Shown one piece after another: positions 26,883-37,474 of a DNA stretch of 64,000 bases. Both the position numbers and the translations under genes were made by a program. The notes under the pieces are model-generated. The model searched no databases. It was not told the origin of the DNA and saw only the letters and a program-made list of their open reading frames with translations. Position 1 is the stretch's first letter, and each line of letters begins with the position of its first letter. The DNA comes from Chloroflexota bacterium (GTDB lineage: Bacteria > Chloroflexota > Dehalococcoidia > DSTF01 > RBG-16-68-14), in contig JADFKB010000002.1 of NCBI GenBank assembly GCA_022565155.1, positions 5,955 to 69,954 of the forward strand. The letters run 5' to 3'.

Positions 26883-27835
26883 CGATGAGCACCCAGCTCG
26901 CCCGAGATGAGCTAAGCCGAGCGGCGGCCGGCCGGCCGAGCGCCGTTACGATCGGCAAGTTCGACGGCGTGCATCGCGGCCACCAGTATCTCGTCGGGCT
27001 GCTGCTGGAGCAGGCGAGCGCTAGCGGCCTGGCGAGCGTTGTCATTACGCTGCATCCGCACCCGATAAGCGTGCTGCGCCCGGGTACGGCGATTACCTAC
27101 CTCTGTTCGTTAGAGGAGCGGGTGGCGCTGCTGCGTTCGCTTGGCGTCGATGGCGTCGGCGTGCTGTCGTTCACGTCGGAGTTGGCGCAGCTCTCCTACC
27201 GCGACTTCGTCGGCCTCCTGATCGAACAGTTGGATCTGCAACTGCTGCTCGTCGGCCCGGATCTGGCGCTGGGGCGCGACCGCGAAGGCGACGTCGAGGC
27301 GCTGCGCAGGCTGGGCGAAGAGCGGGGCTTTCGAGTCGAGCTGGCACCGATGCTGAGCGAAGACGATGCGAAGGTCGGCTCGGGAGCGGTGCGAACTGCG
27401 CTGGCGGCAGGTGAGATGCAGATAGTGAACGGGCTACTGGGCAGGCCGTTTGCGCTTCGCGGCCCGGTCGTGCGCGGCGAGGAGCGAGGCCGGACGATCG
27501 GTTTCCCAACGGCGAACATCGCCGTCGCGCGCGATCTGGCGCTGCCCAGGTTCGGCGTCTACGTCACGCGCGCCTATCTGGGCGAGATGGCGTATCCGTC
27601 CGTCACGAACGTCGGCGAGCGACCGACGTTTGGGCAGAGCCGGCCGACGATCGAGACGTATCTGCTCGACTTCGAGGGCGATTGCTACGAGCGCGAGTTG
27701 CGCATCGAACTGCTGCACAAGGTACGTGACGAGCAGCGCTTCGACGGCGTGGACGCGCTCGTCGCGCAGATCGGCCGCGATGTGGAGGCGACACGAGCGT
27801 ACTTCGACGAAGCTGGCGAGGCGCCCAAGCCGTGA
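26879..27835 (+). CDS. ribF: bifunctional riboflavin kinase / FMN adenylyltransferase
   Basis: GKFDGVHRGHQ nucleotidyltransferase motif. C-terminal riboflavin kinase motifs PTANI and GERPTFG. Confidence 0.9.
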   Translation: MTMSTQLARDELSRAAAGRPSAVTIGKFDGVHRGHQYLVGLLLEQASASGLASVVITLHPHPISVLRPGTAITYLCSLEERVALLRSLGVDGVGVLSFTSELAQLSYRDFVGLLIEQLDLQLLLVGPDLALGRDREGDVEALRRLGEERGFRVELAPMLSEDDAKVGSGAVRTALAAGEMQIVNGLLGRPFALRGPVVRGEERGRTIGFPTANIAVARDLALPRFGVYVTRAYLGEMAYPSVTNVGERPTFGQSRPTIETYLLDFEGDCYERELRIELLHKVRDEQRFDGVDALVAQIGRDVEATRAYFDEAGEAPKP

Positions 27836-29121
27836 GCAAAGCGAGCGAATCCGGCGGCGCCGTCGAGGAAATTCTCCAGCGCGGCGTCATCGAGATAATC
27901 CCGAAGGCCGAGTTCAAGGAGGCGCTCGCCTCCGGCCGCACACTGCGGCTGAAGTTCGGCCTCGACCCCAGCAAGCCGGACCTGCACATCGGCCACGGCG
28001 TGCTGCTGCGCAAGCTGCGCCTGTTCCAGGAGATGGGCCACCAGGTGGTGCTGATCATCGGCGACTGGACGGCGCAGATCGGCGATCCCAGCGGCCATTC
28101 GGTGACGCGGCCGATGCTCGCGGCCGAGGAGGTAAAAGAGAACGCGGAGACCTACATGCGCCAGTTCTTCCACGTCGTCGACCGCGACAAGACGGAGGTG
28201 CGCTGGCAGAGCGAGTGGTTCAACGAGTTCACGCTGGCCGACGTCATTCGTCTCGCCGCGCGCTTTACGGTGGCGCAGATACTGCAGCGCGATGACTTCC
28301 GCACCCGCTTCGAAGCGCAGAAGCCGCTGGGCGTGCACGAGCTGCTGTACCCGCTGTTGCAGGCGTACGACTCGGTCGCCATCGATGCCGACGTGGAGTT
28401 CGGCGGCTCCGACCAGCTCTTCAATCTCCTCGTCGGCCGCGAGCTGCAGCAAGAGATGGGCCAACAACCGCAGAGCGTCTTCGTGATGGACCTGCTCGCT
28501 GGCACGGACGGCAAGCAGAAGATGGCGAAGAGTCTGGGCAACACGATCAACTTTGAGGACGCGCCGAACGAGCAGTACGGCAAGGTGATGTCGCTGCCGG
28601 ACTCTGCGCTGGTGGACTACCTGGTGCTCGCAACGGACCTGCCGGATGAAGAGGTGGCGGCGATCCGGATGCAGTTGGAAGGGCACACCGTCAACCCCAT
28701 GGACGTGAAGAAGCGGCTCGCGCACGAGATCGTCTCGCAGTTCCACGGCGATGCTACGGCGGAGGAGGCGGCAGCGGAGTTTGGCCGCGTGTTCCAGAAG
28801 CACCAGACGCCGCAGGAGATGAGCGAGTTCTTGCTGGCGGAGATCAGTTCATATGCAGTCGATGACAAAGGTAGACAGACGCAACGGGATTCGACCCGTC
28901 GGATGTACGATCTACCGCATCTGTTGCACGACAAAGGCTTCGCCGGCAGCGTCGGCGAAGCACGCCGCCTGATCAAGCAGGGCGCGGTGCAGGTGGTGGA
29001 AGGGCCGGGCAAAGGGTCGGTGAAGGGCGCTTCTGCAGAGCTGGGCGTCGGCTCCGTCGTCCGCGTCGGCAAGCACCGCTTTCTGCGGATAGTGGATGCT
29101 GATCAAGAGGAATCCTCGTAG
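27832..29121 (+). CDS. tyrS: tyrosine--tRNA ligase
   Basis: HIGH motif, KMAKS and a C-terminal S4-like domain. Confidence 0.9.
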   Translation: MSKASESGGAVEEILQRGVIEIIPKAEFKEALASGRTLRLKFGLDPSKPDLHIGHGVLLRKLRLFQEMGHQVVLIIGDWTAQIGDPSGHSVTRPMLAAEEVKENAETYMRQFFHVVDRDKTEVRWQSEWFNEFTLADVIRLAARFTVAQILQRDDFRTRFEAQKPLGVHELLYPLLQAYDSVAIDADVEFGGSDQLFNLLVGRELQQEMGQQPQSVFVMDLLAGTDGKQKMAKSLGNTINFEDAPNEQYGKVMSLPDSALVDYLVLATDLPDEEVAAIRMQLEGHTVNPMDVKKRLAHEIVSQFHGDATAEEAAAEFGRVFQKHQTPQEMSEFLLAEISSYAVDDKGRQTQRDSTRRMYDLPHLLHDKGFAGSVGEARRLIKQGAVQVVEGPGKGSVKGASAELGVGSVVRVGKHRFLRIVDADQEESS

Positions 29122-29172
29122 GGACAGACCTTTCCCGCCAAAGGCGGGCCCGCCCGGGGCGGAAGGTCTGTC
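29122..29172 (+). terminator. long GC hairpin after tyrS (gggacagacc...ggtctgtcc with inner cccgcc/ggcggg)
   Basis: 11-bp outer stem plus a nested CCCGCC-N-GGCGGG family hairpin. No clear U-tract. Confidence 0.5.
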
Positions 29173-29301
29173 CGCAACCACTGTCGCCCGGCAGTGAGAG
29201 TAGCCCAGCCCTAAATCCGGCTCTAAAGCCACCCCATCTCCTCGCTATCAGACCTGCGACCTGGTAGGCTGACTGCAGTGGCGCAGGGGAGGGCATTGAC
29301 T

Positions 29302-29784
29302 ATGGATTCTGACTTCCGGATCGACATCGGCGAAGTGCAGCGCGCGATCGACGTGGGCGAAATCACCGCCCTCTACTTTCCGCTGCTGCGGAAGACGCTG
29401 CTAATGGACACGCGCACCACCGGCGTCGACGGCCCGATGATCAAGGTAGTGCCGATGGCCTCATCGCCAGAGGAGCGCTTCCGCGACCTGGTGCGCATGC
29501 GCCCCCGCCTGCCCAAGCCGGAGAGCATCAACATTGTCCCGTGGCCGAAGTACGTCGCCAGCCTGGTGCGGCTGCAGGTCTGGGATCACATCGTTCGGCG
29601 CTTCCTTGAGATCGGGCCGCCGGAGATCGTCAAGCGCTGTGAGGAGTGCCTGGAAGAGTTGAAGCGGATGGAGCGCGAGGAGATCCGCCGCGCGATCACG
29701 GGCGAGAACTATGAGACGCTCTGGGACGTCGCCGGTACGCAGGAAGGCGCCGAGGTCGACGACGATGACGAGGAGCTCGTCTAG
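29302..29784 (+). CDS. hypothetical protein with acidic C-terminal tail
   Basis: The ATG at 29302 follows a GGGGAGGG RBS. No recognisable motifs. Confidence 0.45.
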   Translation: MDSDFRIDIGEVQRAIDVGEITALYFPLLRKTLLMDTRTTGVDGPMIKVVPMASSPEERFRDLVRMRPRLPKPESINIVPWPKYVASLVRLQVWDHIVRRFLEIGPPEIVKRCEECLEELKRMEREEIRRAITGENYETLWDVAGTQEGAEVDDDDEELV

Positions 29785-29883
29785 CTAGACTGCTGGTTAC
29801 TTGAATTGAACGCAACGAGCGGGCGACAACGTCGCCCGTTCGCTCTTTCTTCCCCGTTCCTCATTCTCTTATGCCGCCGTAGC

Positions 29884-31947
29884 CTAGGTCGCCTGGGTGT
29901 CTCCGCTCTCGATCACCTTCTGGGCGATGTGCGCCGGCACCTCTTCGTAGTGGCTCATCTCCATCGTGTAGTGGGCGCGCCCCTGCGTGATCGAGCGGAG
30001 ATCGGTAGCGTAGCGCTGCACCTCGGCGAGCGGCACCTGGGCTTCGATCACCGTAAGCGCGCCCTGCGGCGTCATCCCCTGCACCTTGCCGCGCTTGCCG
30101 TTCAGGTCGCTCAGCACGTCGCCGGTGTGCGACTCCGGTACCGTGACGCTTATGCGCATGATCGGTTCCAACAGCACAGGGTTGGCGTCTTTGACGCCCT
30201 GCTTCAGCGCCACCGAACCGGCGATCTTAAACGCCATCTCTGACGAGTCGACCGGGTGCTCCTTGCCGTCGAACAGATTCACCTTGACGTCGGTCAAGGG
30301 ATAGCCACCAAGCACGCCTTCCTTCATCGCTTCTGCCACGCCCTTCTCGACGGCTGGGATGTACTGCCTCGGGACGGAGCCGCCGACGATGCTGCTGGAA
30401 AACTCGAAGCCGCTGCCGCGCTCGCGTGGCGCCAGATCAAGGGCGACGCGGGCGTACTGGCCGTGGCCGCCGGACTGCTTCTTGTGGATGACGTCCACTT
30501 TAGCCGTATTGGTCACCGTCACCAGGTAAGGCACCTTAGGCGTGACGAGGTCGACCTCGACGCCGAACTTGCGCTTCATCCGTTCCGCGGCGACTTCGAT
30601 GTGGGTCTCGCCGAGGCCGGAGAGGATCGTCTCGTTGGTATCTGCATCGCGATGCACGCGGATGCTGGGATCTTCATCCCTGATGCGGCTGAGCGCCGCG
30701 CCCATCTTGTCCAGGTCGGCTTTCGTCTTTGGGTAAACGGCTAAACTGTACGACGGTACGGGGCTGGCGATCTCCGGCAGGACAATCGGACGCTCCTTCG
30801 CGCAGAGCGTGTCGCCGGTCGTCGTCTCGGCCAGCTTGGCGACGGCGCCGATGTCGCCCGCCGCGATCGACGGCGTCTGCTCCTGGTCCTTCCCCCTCAG
30901 GTGGAAGAGCTGGCCCAGGCGTTCGTCCGTCCTGCGCTTGGCGTTCCAGACGTGGGAGTCGCCCTTCAGTGAGCCGGATACGACGCGTAGATATGTGAGC
31001 TTACCGACGTAAGGGTCGGCGGTGGTCTTGAATGCGAGCACGGCCAGCGGCCCGCCGGAGTCGGCCGTCAGCGACAGTTCGCCATCGGCGCCGTCCGTCG
31101 CCTGAACTTCGCTTGCATCGCGCGGCGACGGGCTGTAGCGCACTAACGCGTCGAGGGCGCGCGCGATGCCGATGCTCTTCGTCGCGGAGGCGGCCAGGAT
31201 CGGCACGACGCTGCCCGAGATGACCGCCGCGCGCAATGCGGTGGACAGCTCCTCTGCCGTGAGTTCTTCGCCCTCCAGGTACTTGTTGATCAGGTCGTCG
31301 TCAGTCTCAGCGATCGCTTCCACCAATTGCTCGCGATAGCTGGCCACCTCGGCGCCGAGCGATTCAGGGATCTCGCTCGCGTCCTTGCCTTCGCCGAGGA
31401 ACGCCTGCATCTCGAGCAGGTCGATGACGCCCTCGAAATTGTCCTCGGCGCCGATCGGGAGTTGCAACGCAACGCACTGCTTGCCGAAGCTCTCGCGCAG
31501 CTGCTCCACGGCGGCTGTGAAGTCGGCGTTCTCGCGGTCCATGCGATTGATCAGCACCATGCGCGGCAGCGACTCTTCGTCCGCGTAACCCCAGGCGAGG
31601 TCCGTTCCTACTTCGATGCCCGCTACGGCATCGACGATGATTAATGCCCCGTCCGCCGCGCGCATGCCCTCCTTCACCTGTCCTTGAAAATCGGCGTAAC
31701 CGGGCGTGTCGATCAGGTTGATCTTGACTTCGTTCCACTCGCAGGGTATCAGTGAGAGGCTGATGCTGATCTGGCGCTTCACCTCGTCGGGGTCGTAGTC
31801 AGACGTGGTGTTGCCGTCGTCGACCTTGCCAAGCCGGGTGATGGCGCCCGTCGCGAACAGCGCGGCTTCCGAGAGCGACGTCTTGCCGGCGCCGCTATGG
31901 CCCAGCACCACAACGTTGCGAAGCTGATCCGTCTGATACTCTTTCAT
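29884..31947 (-). CDS. elongation factor G paralog (EF-G2-like translational GTPase)
   Basis: GHSGAGKTS P-loop, DTPGYADF, NRMDR and all five EF-G domains. Confidence 0.85.
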   Translation of the reverse strand: MKEYQTDQLRNVVVLGHSGAGKTSLSEAALFATGAITRLGKVDDGNTTSDYDPDEVKRQISISLSLIPCEWNEVKINLIDTPGYADFQGQVKEGMRAADGALIIVDAVAGIEVGTDLAWGYADEESLPRMVLINRMDRENADFTAAVEQLRESFGKQCVALQLPIGAEDNFEGVIDLLEMQAFLGEGKDASEIPESLGAEVASYREQLVEAIAETDDDLINKYLEGEELTAEELSTALRAAVISGSVVPILAASATKSIGIARALDALVRYSPSPRDASEVQATDGADGELSLTADSGGPLAVLAFKTTADPYVGKLTYLRVVSGSLKGDSHVWNAKRRTDERLGQLFHLRGKDQEQTPSIAAGDIGAVAKLAETTTGDTLCAKERPIVLPEIASPVPSYSLAVYPKTKADLDKMGAALSRIRDEDPSIRVHRDADTNETILSGLGETHIEVAAERMKRKFGVEVDLVTPKVPYLVTVTNTAKVDVIHKKQSGGHGQYARVALDLAPRERGSGFEFSSSIVGGSVPRQYIPAVEKGVAEAMKEGVLGGYPLTDVKVNLFDGKEHPVDSSEMAFKIAGSVALKQGVKDANPVLLEPIMRISVTVPESHTGDVLSDLNGKRGKVQGMTPQGALTVIEAQVPLAEVQRYATDLRSITQGRAHYTMEMSHYEEVPAHIAQKVIESGDTQAT

Positions 31948-32178
31948 ACCGCTCCTCATGCTGGAATCGGCGATGTGTGGATATGTGCGACGTGCGCCTG
32001 AGTCTGGCGGCGACCGCATGGGATTGTACCAGTACCACCTGAAGGCAGGCAAGACGGTTTGCCTTGGGATCTGGCGAGGTGCGTAGAGCGTTGTGTAACT
32101 TTCGTAATAGACAGGCGTTTTGCGCTCCTGCTATAGTCGAGCATCTCTCTCACACCACGAGCAGAAAGGCGGGGCAAC

Positions 32179-33921
32179 GTGATGACGATACATACGCGGC
32201 CGGCAACGACGGTCAAGGTTTGCTCTCTGGAGGAGCTGGAACGGGAGGGCAGCAAGGTCGTCGCTGTCGAAGGGCGCGTCGTCCTCGTCCTGCTGGACGA
32301 AGGCGAGCTATACGCCCTGGACAACCGCTGTCCGCACATGGGGTTTCCGCTGCAACGCGGCACGGTCAAGGGCGGCATTCTCACCTGTCACTGGCACCAC
32401 GCCAAGTTCGATCTCGCCGGTGGCTGCACCTTCGACCCGTTCGCCGACGATGTCGTCGCCTTCCACGTGGAGGCGCGCGATGGCGAGGTCTGGCTGGATC
32501 CCCGGCCGATCGAAGAGGAGCGTCGCGCCCACTGGACGCGCAAGCTGCAGGAAGGGCTGGAGCAGAACATACGCCTGGTGCTGGCAAAGAGCGTGATCGG
32601 CCTAAGCGAGCTGGATGCGACGACCGACGCTCTGCGTGACGCCTCGCTCTTTGCGATCCGAAACAGGGCCGCCGGCTGGAGCACCGGCCTCTCGATCCTC
32701 ACCTGCATGGCGAACGTGCTGCCCGGCCTCGACCGCGATGATCAGCCGCGGGCGATCTACCACGGGCTGGTACACGCGGCGCGTTCAACTGCCGGCCAGC
32801 CGCCGAGCTTCGATCTGGAAGCGCTCGAGACGGCTGAAACGAGGCCGGAGCGGTATCTGGAGTGGTTCCGCAGGTTCATCGAAGTGCGCTCCGGCGATGC
32901 GGCTGAGCGGACACTGCGAACGGCGATCCGCATCGGACTGGCGCCGGAAGCGATCGCGGATATGATCTTCGCCGCCTGCACCGACCACCTGTTTCTCGAC
33001 GTTGGCCACTCGCTCGACTTCGCCAACAAGGCGTTCGAGCTGCTCGACCACATCGGCTGGGAGCACGCCGAGGAGGTGCTGCCGTCGCTGATTCCGAACA
33101 TGGTGTCCGCCCAGCGGATGGAGGAGACCTCCGCGTGGCAGCACCCGGTCGATCTCCCTGCGCTGCTGCGAGATGTCTACGATGACCTCGATGGGGCGGT
33201 CGATAGCGCGGGCGATAGCGCCGCTGGTTGGGAGGGGCATGAGGAGCTGGCGGAGACGATCCTGGACGCCGAGCCAGCGGAGACGCTGGAGTCGCTGCTG
33301 GCGCTCGTGCGCCAGGGCGTGCCTCTCACCGAGCTCTCGGCGGCTGTCGCGTACGCTGCCGCGCGCCGGCCGGTGCACTTCCACGTCTCCAACGAGTTCA
33401 ACGACTGGAACACGGTGCATCACACGTTCACGTACACGAACGCCGTCGACCAGGCGATGCGGCGGGCGCCCTCCCGCCTGCTGGCGCGCGGCATCTTCGA
33501 CGGGGCGATGTCGGTCTACCTGGAACGGTTCCTCAACGTGCCGAAGCAGCCGATTCCGACGGCGACAGACGCCGCGCCCAGCCGCGACGAGCTGCTGGCC
33601 GAATTCGACGCGCAGGGCCACGTGGACCAGACCGCCCAGCTCGCCGCCAACGCGCTCGCGGCCGGCCGGCACGAGGAGCTGATCCAAACGCTGGGCCATG
33701 CGCTGCTGCGCGAAGACTCCGGCTTCCACCAGTTCCAAATCTACGAGGCCGGTGTTCGCCAGTACCGCCAGTTCGCCGGCCGGCCGGCGGGGGATCATAT
33801 CCTGATTGGTGTCGCCCGCTTCCTCACTGCCCACGCACCGACGGTGCGCGCCGTCGGCCAGACGTACGATATCGCCGCGCGTCTGCATCGAGGTGAGGCG
33901 CTCCACGGCGAGGACGAGTAG
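32179..33921 (+). CDS. Rieske [2Fe-2S] domain fused to a large (about 470 aa) helical domain of unknown function
   Basis: CPHMGFPL...CHWHHAKF Rieske CxH/CxxH boxes in the first 110 aa. The remainder has no recognisable motif. Confidence 0.7.
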   Translation: MMTIHTRPATTVKVCSLEELEREGSKVVAVEGRVVLVLLDEGELYALDNRCPHMGFPLQRGTVKGGILTCHWHHAKFDLAGGCTFDPFADDVVAFHVEARDGEVWLDPRPIEEERRAHWTRKLQEGLEQNIRLVLAKSVIGLSELDATTDALRDASLFAIRNRAAGWSTGLSILTCMANVLPGLDRDDQPRAIYHGLVHAARSTAGQPPSFDLEALETAETRPERYLEWFRRFIEVRSGDAAERTLRTAIRIGLAPEAIADMIFAACTDHLFLDVGHSLDFANKAFELLDHIGWEHAEEVLPSLIPNMVSAQRMEETSAWQHPVDLPALLRDVYDDLDGAVDSAGDSAAGWEGHEELAETILDAEPAETLESLLALVRQGVPLTELSAAVAYAAARRPVHFHVSNEFNDWNTVHHTFTYTNAVDQAMRRAPSRLLARGIFDGAMSVYLERFLNVPKQPIPTATDAAPSRDELLAEFDAQGHVDQTAQLAANALAAGRHEELIQTLGHALLREDSGFHQFQIYEAGVRQYRQFAGRPAGDHILIGVARFLTAHAPTVRAVGQTYDIAARLHRGEALHGEDE

Positions 33922-34118
33922 CCTCGCTCTGGCTATATGGAAACGGGGACGCGCCGTTGGCGCGGGGTCCGCCTGCGACGGGTAGACTGGGCTCACGGGA
34001 CATTCTCATTATCGATTGGCGTGTCCTGTTCGTTCTCCACTGGCCCGCCGGTTGATCGCTGCCCTTCTTGATGCGTGGAAGAGTTCCCGGCGCTGCTGCA
34101 ACGCGTCGGCATCGGCGG

Positions 34119-35153
34119 CTAGGTCGGCACGCCCTGCCATTCGAGTTTGCCGAGCATCTCGCCGACGAACGGGATCTCGGCGTGGCCGAGCATCTGGCGG
34201 ATGGCGTTGATCTCGCCGGTGTGGAACCAGGTGTGGAGGACGGCGTTGATGAGAACCGTCCCGATGTTGTCTTGCCCCTGCTTGCTGAGAAGGTGTTCCT
34301 CTCGCGTAGTTGAGAGCAGCGTTTCGTCCGCGTCCGTAAGCCAATCGATGCTGGCCTTGGCGTCACGGAGCAGCTTGAGCGCTTCCTGGAGCGCTGGAGG
34401 CGTCGGATCAGCCGCCTCTCCGACGAACCGCACCAGATGCCACGGAAGTTCGCCGTCTTTGGCGTAAGCCGCGACGCTTAGCCAGTGACCGACGATGTGA
34501 CTCACGATCCAAGTGATCGCGTTCATCTCGCCGCCGCCGGTCTTAGCGATGCGACTCTGGGCCTCCTCCGCTGTCAGACCCTCCAGGCCGCGTGCGAACT
34601 CTGAGATGGCGAAGCGGGCCAGGTCATCAGGCCGGTAGCCCGTATCGACTCCGCCACCGCCGCGCCACTCCAGATGCCCTGTGATCTCCCCGACGAAGCC
34701 GATCTCGTCGTGGCCTAAAATCTGGCGGACGGCGTTGATCTCGCCGATGTGGAACCACGTGTGGAGGACAACGCGCATAACGCGTGTACCGACGCTCTCC
34801 CTGCGTAAGTCGTCCGGCGTGCTGGAGAGAAGCGATTCGTCTGCGCTAAGGAGCCAATCAATGCTGGCTTCAGCTTCTTCAAGCGACCTGAGCGCTTCGG
34901 TGAGTAGTAATGGTGTCGAATCAGCCTTTTGTCCGAAGTAGCGGAGCAGAGCGCGATCTGGCTCTTCATCGCCGCCGGCGCTTGCCACGAGAAGCCAGTG
35001 GCCGGCGATGTGGCCGACCGTCCAGGAGATCGCGTTCATCTCGCTGCCGTCCGCTTTCCGCATCCGAGTACGGGCCTCTTCGTCCGTCAGGCCTTCCAGG
35101 CCGCGCCGAAACTCCGCCTGGGTGAACCGAGCAAGTTCGATTGGCTGATACAT
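34119..35153 (-). CDS. tandem DinB_2 (DinB/YfiT-like) domain protein
   Basis: Two internally repeated halves (ISWTVGHIAGHW...HTWFHIGEINAVRQ and ITWIVSHIVGHW...HTWFHTGEINAIRQ). The ATG at 35153 follows an AAGGAGAG RBS. Confidence 0.7.
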   Translation of the reverse strand: MYQPIELARFTQAEFRRGLEGLTDEEARTRMRKADGSEMNAISWTVGHIAGHWLLVASAGGDEEPDRALLRYFGQKADSTPLLLTEALRSLEEAEASIDWLLSADESLLSSTPDDLRRESVGTRVMRVVLHTWFHIGEINAVRQILGHDEIGFVGEITGHLEWRGGGGVDTGYRPDDLARFAISEFARGLEGLTAEEAQSRIAKTGGGEMNAITWIVSHIVGHWLSVAAYAKDGELPWHLVRFVGEAADPTPPALQEALKLLRDAKASIDWLTDADETLLSTTREEHLLSKQGQDNIGTVLINAVLHTWFHTGEINAIRQMLGHAEIPFVGEMLGKLEWQGVPT

Positions 35154-35188
35154 GGCGCTCTCCTTGTTGGCTGGCGCTGACGCGGCGT

Positions 35189-35986
35189 TCAGCGGGTGGA
35201 TTTCACCTTGAGAATAGCCTCGCGCTCCGCGCCTTTCAGGTCTCGGATGGCGTACAGCGTGATTGTAGACGAGATGCCGGCTCTCCGCATCTCTTTCGCG
35301 AGCGCCACCACCCGGCGCTTCGCTCCCGGCCCCGCACGCATGGTGTCTTTCAGCGCCCAGCCGGCTGCTTTGCGAACGAGGTCGTCTGGATCGTGCTGCA
35401 ACGCCTTGCAGAAGCGCAAAGTGACGTCTGCGAACTCGCCGCTCGCCGCGACAGCGCGGGTGAAGGTGATGACGCTGGCGCGACGCTTCCAGCGGTTCGG
35501 CGAGCGGTTCCACCGCGCCAGGAGCGTCAGCGTCTCCTTAGGGTAGCGCTGCAGCAGGTACCATGTGATGCTGGGCTTGCCGGATGCGAAGTCGTCCGTC
35601 ATCGACCACGATGAGAAGTCATCGAGCAACCTGTCCAGCTCATCGAACGTGCTCGGCGTCAGATCCGCGATGCCGGCACGCAGCGCCGCCAGCGCGACGT
35701 GGCCCTCCTCCTCGATGTGACTGCGCAGCAGGAGCCGCGCCAGGGCCAGCCTATCTTCGATGCCTAGCTCCGAGAATGGCTGTCGCCACTGTTCTTGCAG
35801 CTCGCGCCAGGCGGCTTTCGGAACTCCGTAGAACGTGATCGGCTCGCTCTGGGCATGGGCTGGGCCTGTCGCCGCCGGGCTGCCGGCGGCATCTTGCAGC
35901 GCAGCGGCGATCCGCCGGCGCAGCTTGGCGACCGCGGCCGAAGGCCGGCCTGCTCCTGACGCTGAAGGATGTTTTGGTGGTGACAT
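35189..35986 (-). CDS. DNA alkylation repair protein (AlkC/AlkD-like HEAT repeat)
   Basis: Family pattern WALKD and RRAG in the C-terminal half. Start uncertain. Confidence 0.65.
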   Translation of the reverse strand: MSPPKHPSASGAGRPSAAVAKLRRRIAAALQDAAGSPAATGPAHAQSEPITFYGVPKAAWRELQEQWRQPFSELGIEDRLALARLLLRSHIEEEGHVALAALRAGIADLTPSTFDELDRLLDDFSSWSMTDDFASGKPSITWYLLQRYPKETLTLLARWNRSPNRWKRRASVITFTRAVAASGEFADVTLRFCKALQHDPDDLVRKAAGWALKDTMRAGPGAKRRVVALAKEMRRAGISSTITLYAIRDLKGAEREAILKVKSTR

Positions 35987-36022
35987 CGCCGTGGGCTTTC
36001 GGGTGGCGATGATGAGAGGCAG

Positions 36023-37474
36023 CTAGATGTAGACGGGGTGCACCTTGCGGTGACGCTCGGCGGCGCCGGACTTATACGCAGCCTCGGCTGTGGCTTTGGC
36101 GACCTTCTGGAAGACACCTCGGTTGAAGACGGAGGGGATGATGTACTCATCGCTTAGCTCACTCTTGCCTACGGAGTCGGCGATGGCGTGGGCGGCGGCG
36201 ATTTTCATCGGCTCGTTGATGTCCCAGGCGCGGGCGTCCAGCACGCCGCGGAAGAGGCCCGGGAAGCAGAGGACGTTGTTGATCTGGTTCGGGAAGTCGG
36301 AGCGGCCGGTCGCCATCACGCGCGCGTGCGGCAGCGCGTCTGCCGGCAGAATCTCGGGGTCCGGATTGGCCAGCGCGAAGACGATCGGGTCCTTGTTCAT
36401 CGATTTGATGTCGTCGCCGGTGAGAAGGTTAGGGGCGGAGACGCCCAGGAAGAGGTCGGCGCCCTTTAGAGCTTCTTGAAGCGTACCAGTGTGGTTCCCC
36501 TTGTTGGTGTTCTTGGCAAACCACTCCTTCTGCGGGTTCATCCCTTCCTTCCGCCCTTGATAGATCGCGCCCCGGCTATCGCAGCCGATGATGTTCTCGA
36601 CGCCGACGGACATGAAGATCTTGGCGCAGGTGATGCCCGCCGCGCCGACGCCGCTGATGACGACTTTCAGTTCGGGAATCTGCTTCTTGACGATCTTGAC
36701 GGCGTTCAGCAGCGCCGCCAGCACGACGACAGCGGTGCCGTGCTGGTCGTCGTGGAAGACGGGGATGTCCAGCTCCTTCTTCAGCCGCTCCTCGATCTCG
36801 AAGCAGCGAGGGGAGGAGATGTCCTCTAAGTTTATGCCCCCGAAGCCGGGGGCGAGGTACTTGACGGTGGAGATGATCGCTTCAGTATCTTTCGTATCCA
36901 GGCAGATGGGCCAAGCATCGACTCCGCCGAACTCTTTGAAGAGCATCGCCTTGCCTTCCATCACCGGCAGCGCGGCGAGCGGGCCGATGTCGCCGAGGCC
37001 GAGGACGGCCGTGCCGTCCGTGACGATGGCGACTGTGTTCTTCTTCACCGTCAGCGTCCAGGCCGCTTCCGGCTCGCGCGCGATCGCGAGGCAGACCCGG
37101 GCGACGCCGGGCGTGTACACTCGCGACAGGTCCGCCCGGCCGGAGACGCTGGTTTTGTTGCGAATCTCAATCTTGCCGCCCTCATGGGCAAGGAAGACCG
37201 GGTCCGAGACGCTGCGAATCGTGACGCCCTTGAGGGCGCGCATCTCGTCTAGAATCTCGCGGCCGTGCGCGTCGTCGCGGGCGCCGATCGTCACGTCGCG
37301 TACGATCGTCGCTGCATTGGTGCGCACGAGGTCGACGGCGCCGATGTTGCCACCCAGGTCTCCGATAGTACTGGCGATGAGGCCGAGCATGCCGGGGCGA
37401 TTTGGATATTGGGCCCGAATGGTGATCGTATACGCGGCGGACGCCGCCTCGGCCCTGCGGGAGTTACCGGACAT
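36023..37474 (-). CDS. NAD(P)-dependent malic enzyme with N-terminal ACT-like domain
   Basis: Malic enzyme NAD-binding GVGAAG region and a family-like N-terminus. Confidence 0.85.
   Translation of the reverse strand: MSGNSRRAEAASAAYTITIRAQYPNRPGMLGLIASTIGDLGGNIGAVDLVRTNAATIVRDVTIGARDDAHGREILDEMRALKGVTIRSVSDPVFLAHEGGKIEIRNKTSVSGRADLSRVYTPGVARVCLAIAREPEAAWTLTVKKNTVAIVTDGTAVLGLGDIGPLAALPVMEGKAMLFKEFGGVDAWPICLDTKDTEAIISTVKYLAPGFGGINLEDISSPRCFEIEERLKKELDIPVFHDDQHGTAVVVLAALLNAVKIVKKQIPELKVVISGVGAAGITCAKIFMSVGVENIIGCDSRGAIYQGRKEGMNPQKEWFAKNTNKGNHTGTLQEALKGADLFLGVSAPNLLTGDDIKSMNKDPIVFALANPDPEILPADALPHARVMATGRSDFPNQINNVLCFPGLFRGVLDARAWDINEPMKIAAAHAIADSVGKSELSDEYIIPSVFNRGVFQKVAKATAEAAYKSGAAERHRKVHPVYI

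Noticed and set aside
35154-35513. N-terminal extension of the tandem DinB ORF (464 aa version)
   Set aside because: Overlaps the AlkD-like gene. A good RBS precedes the internal ATG at 35153, where the DinB homology starts.
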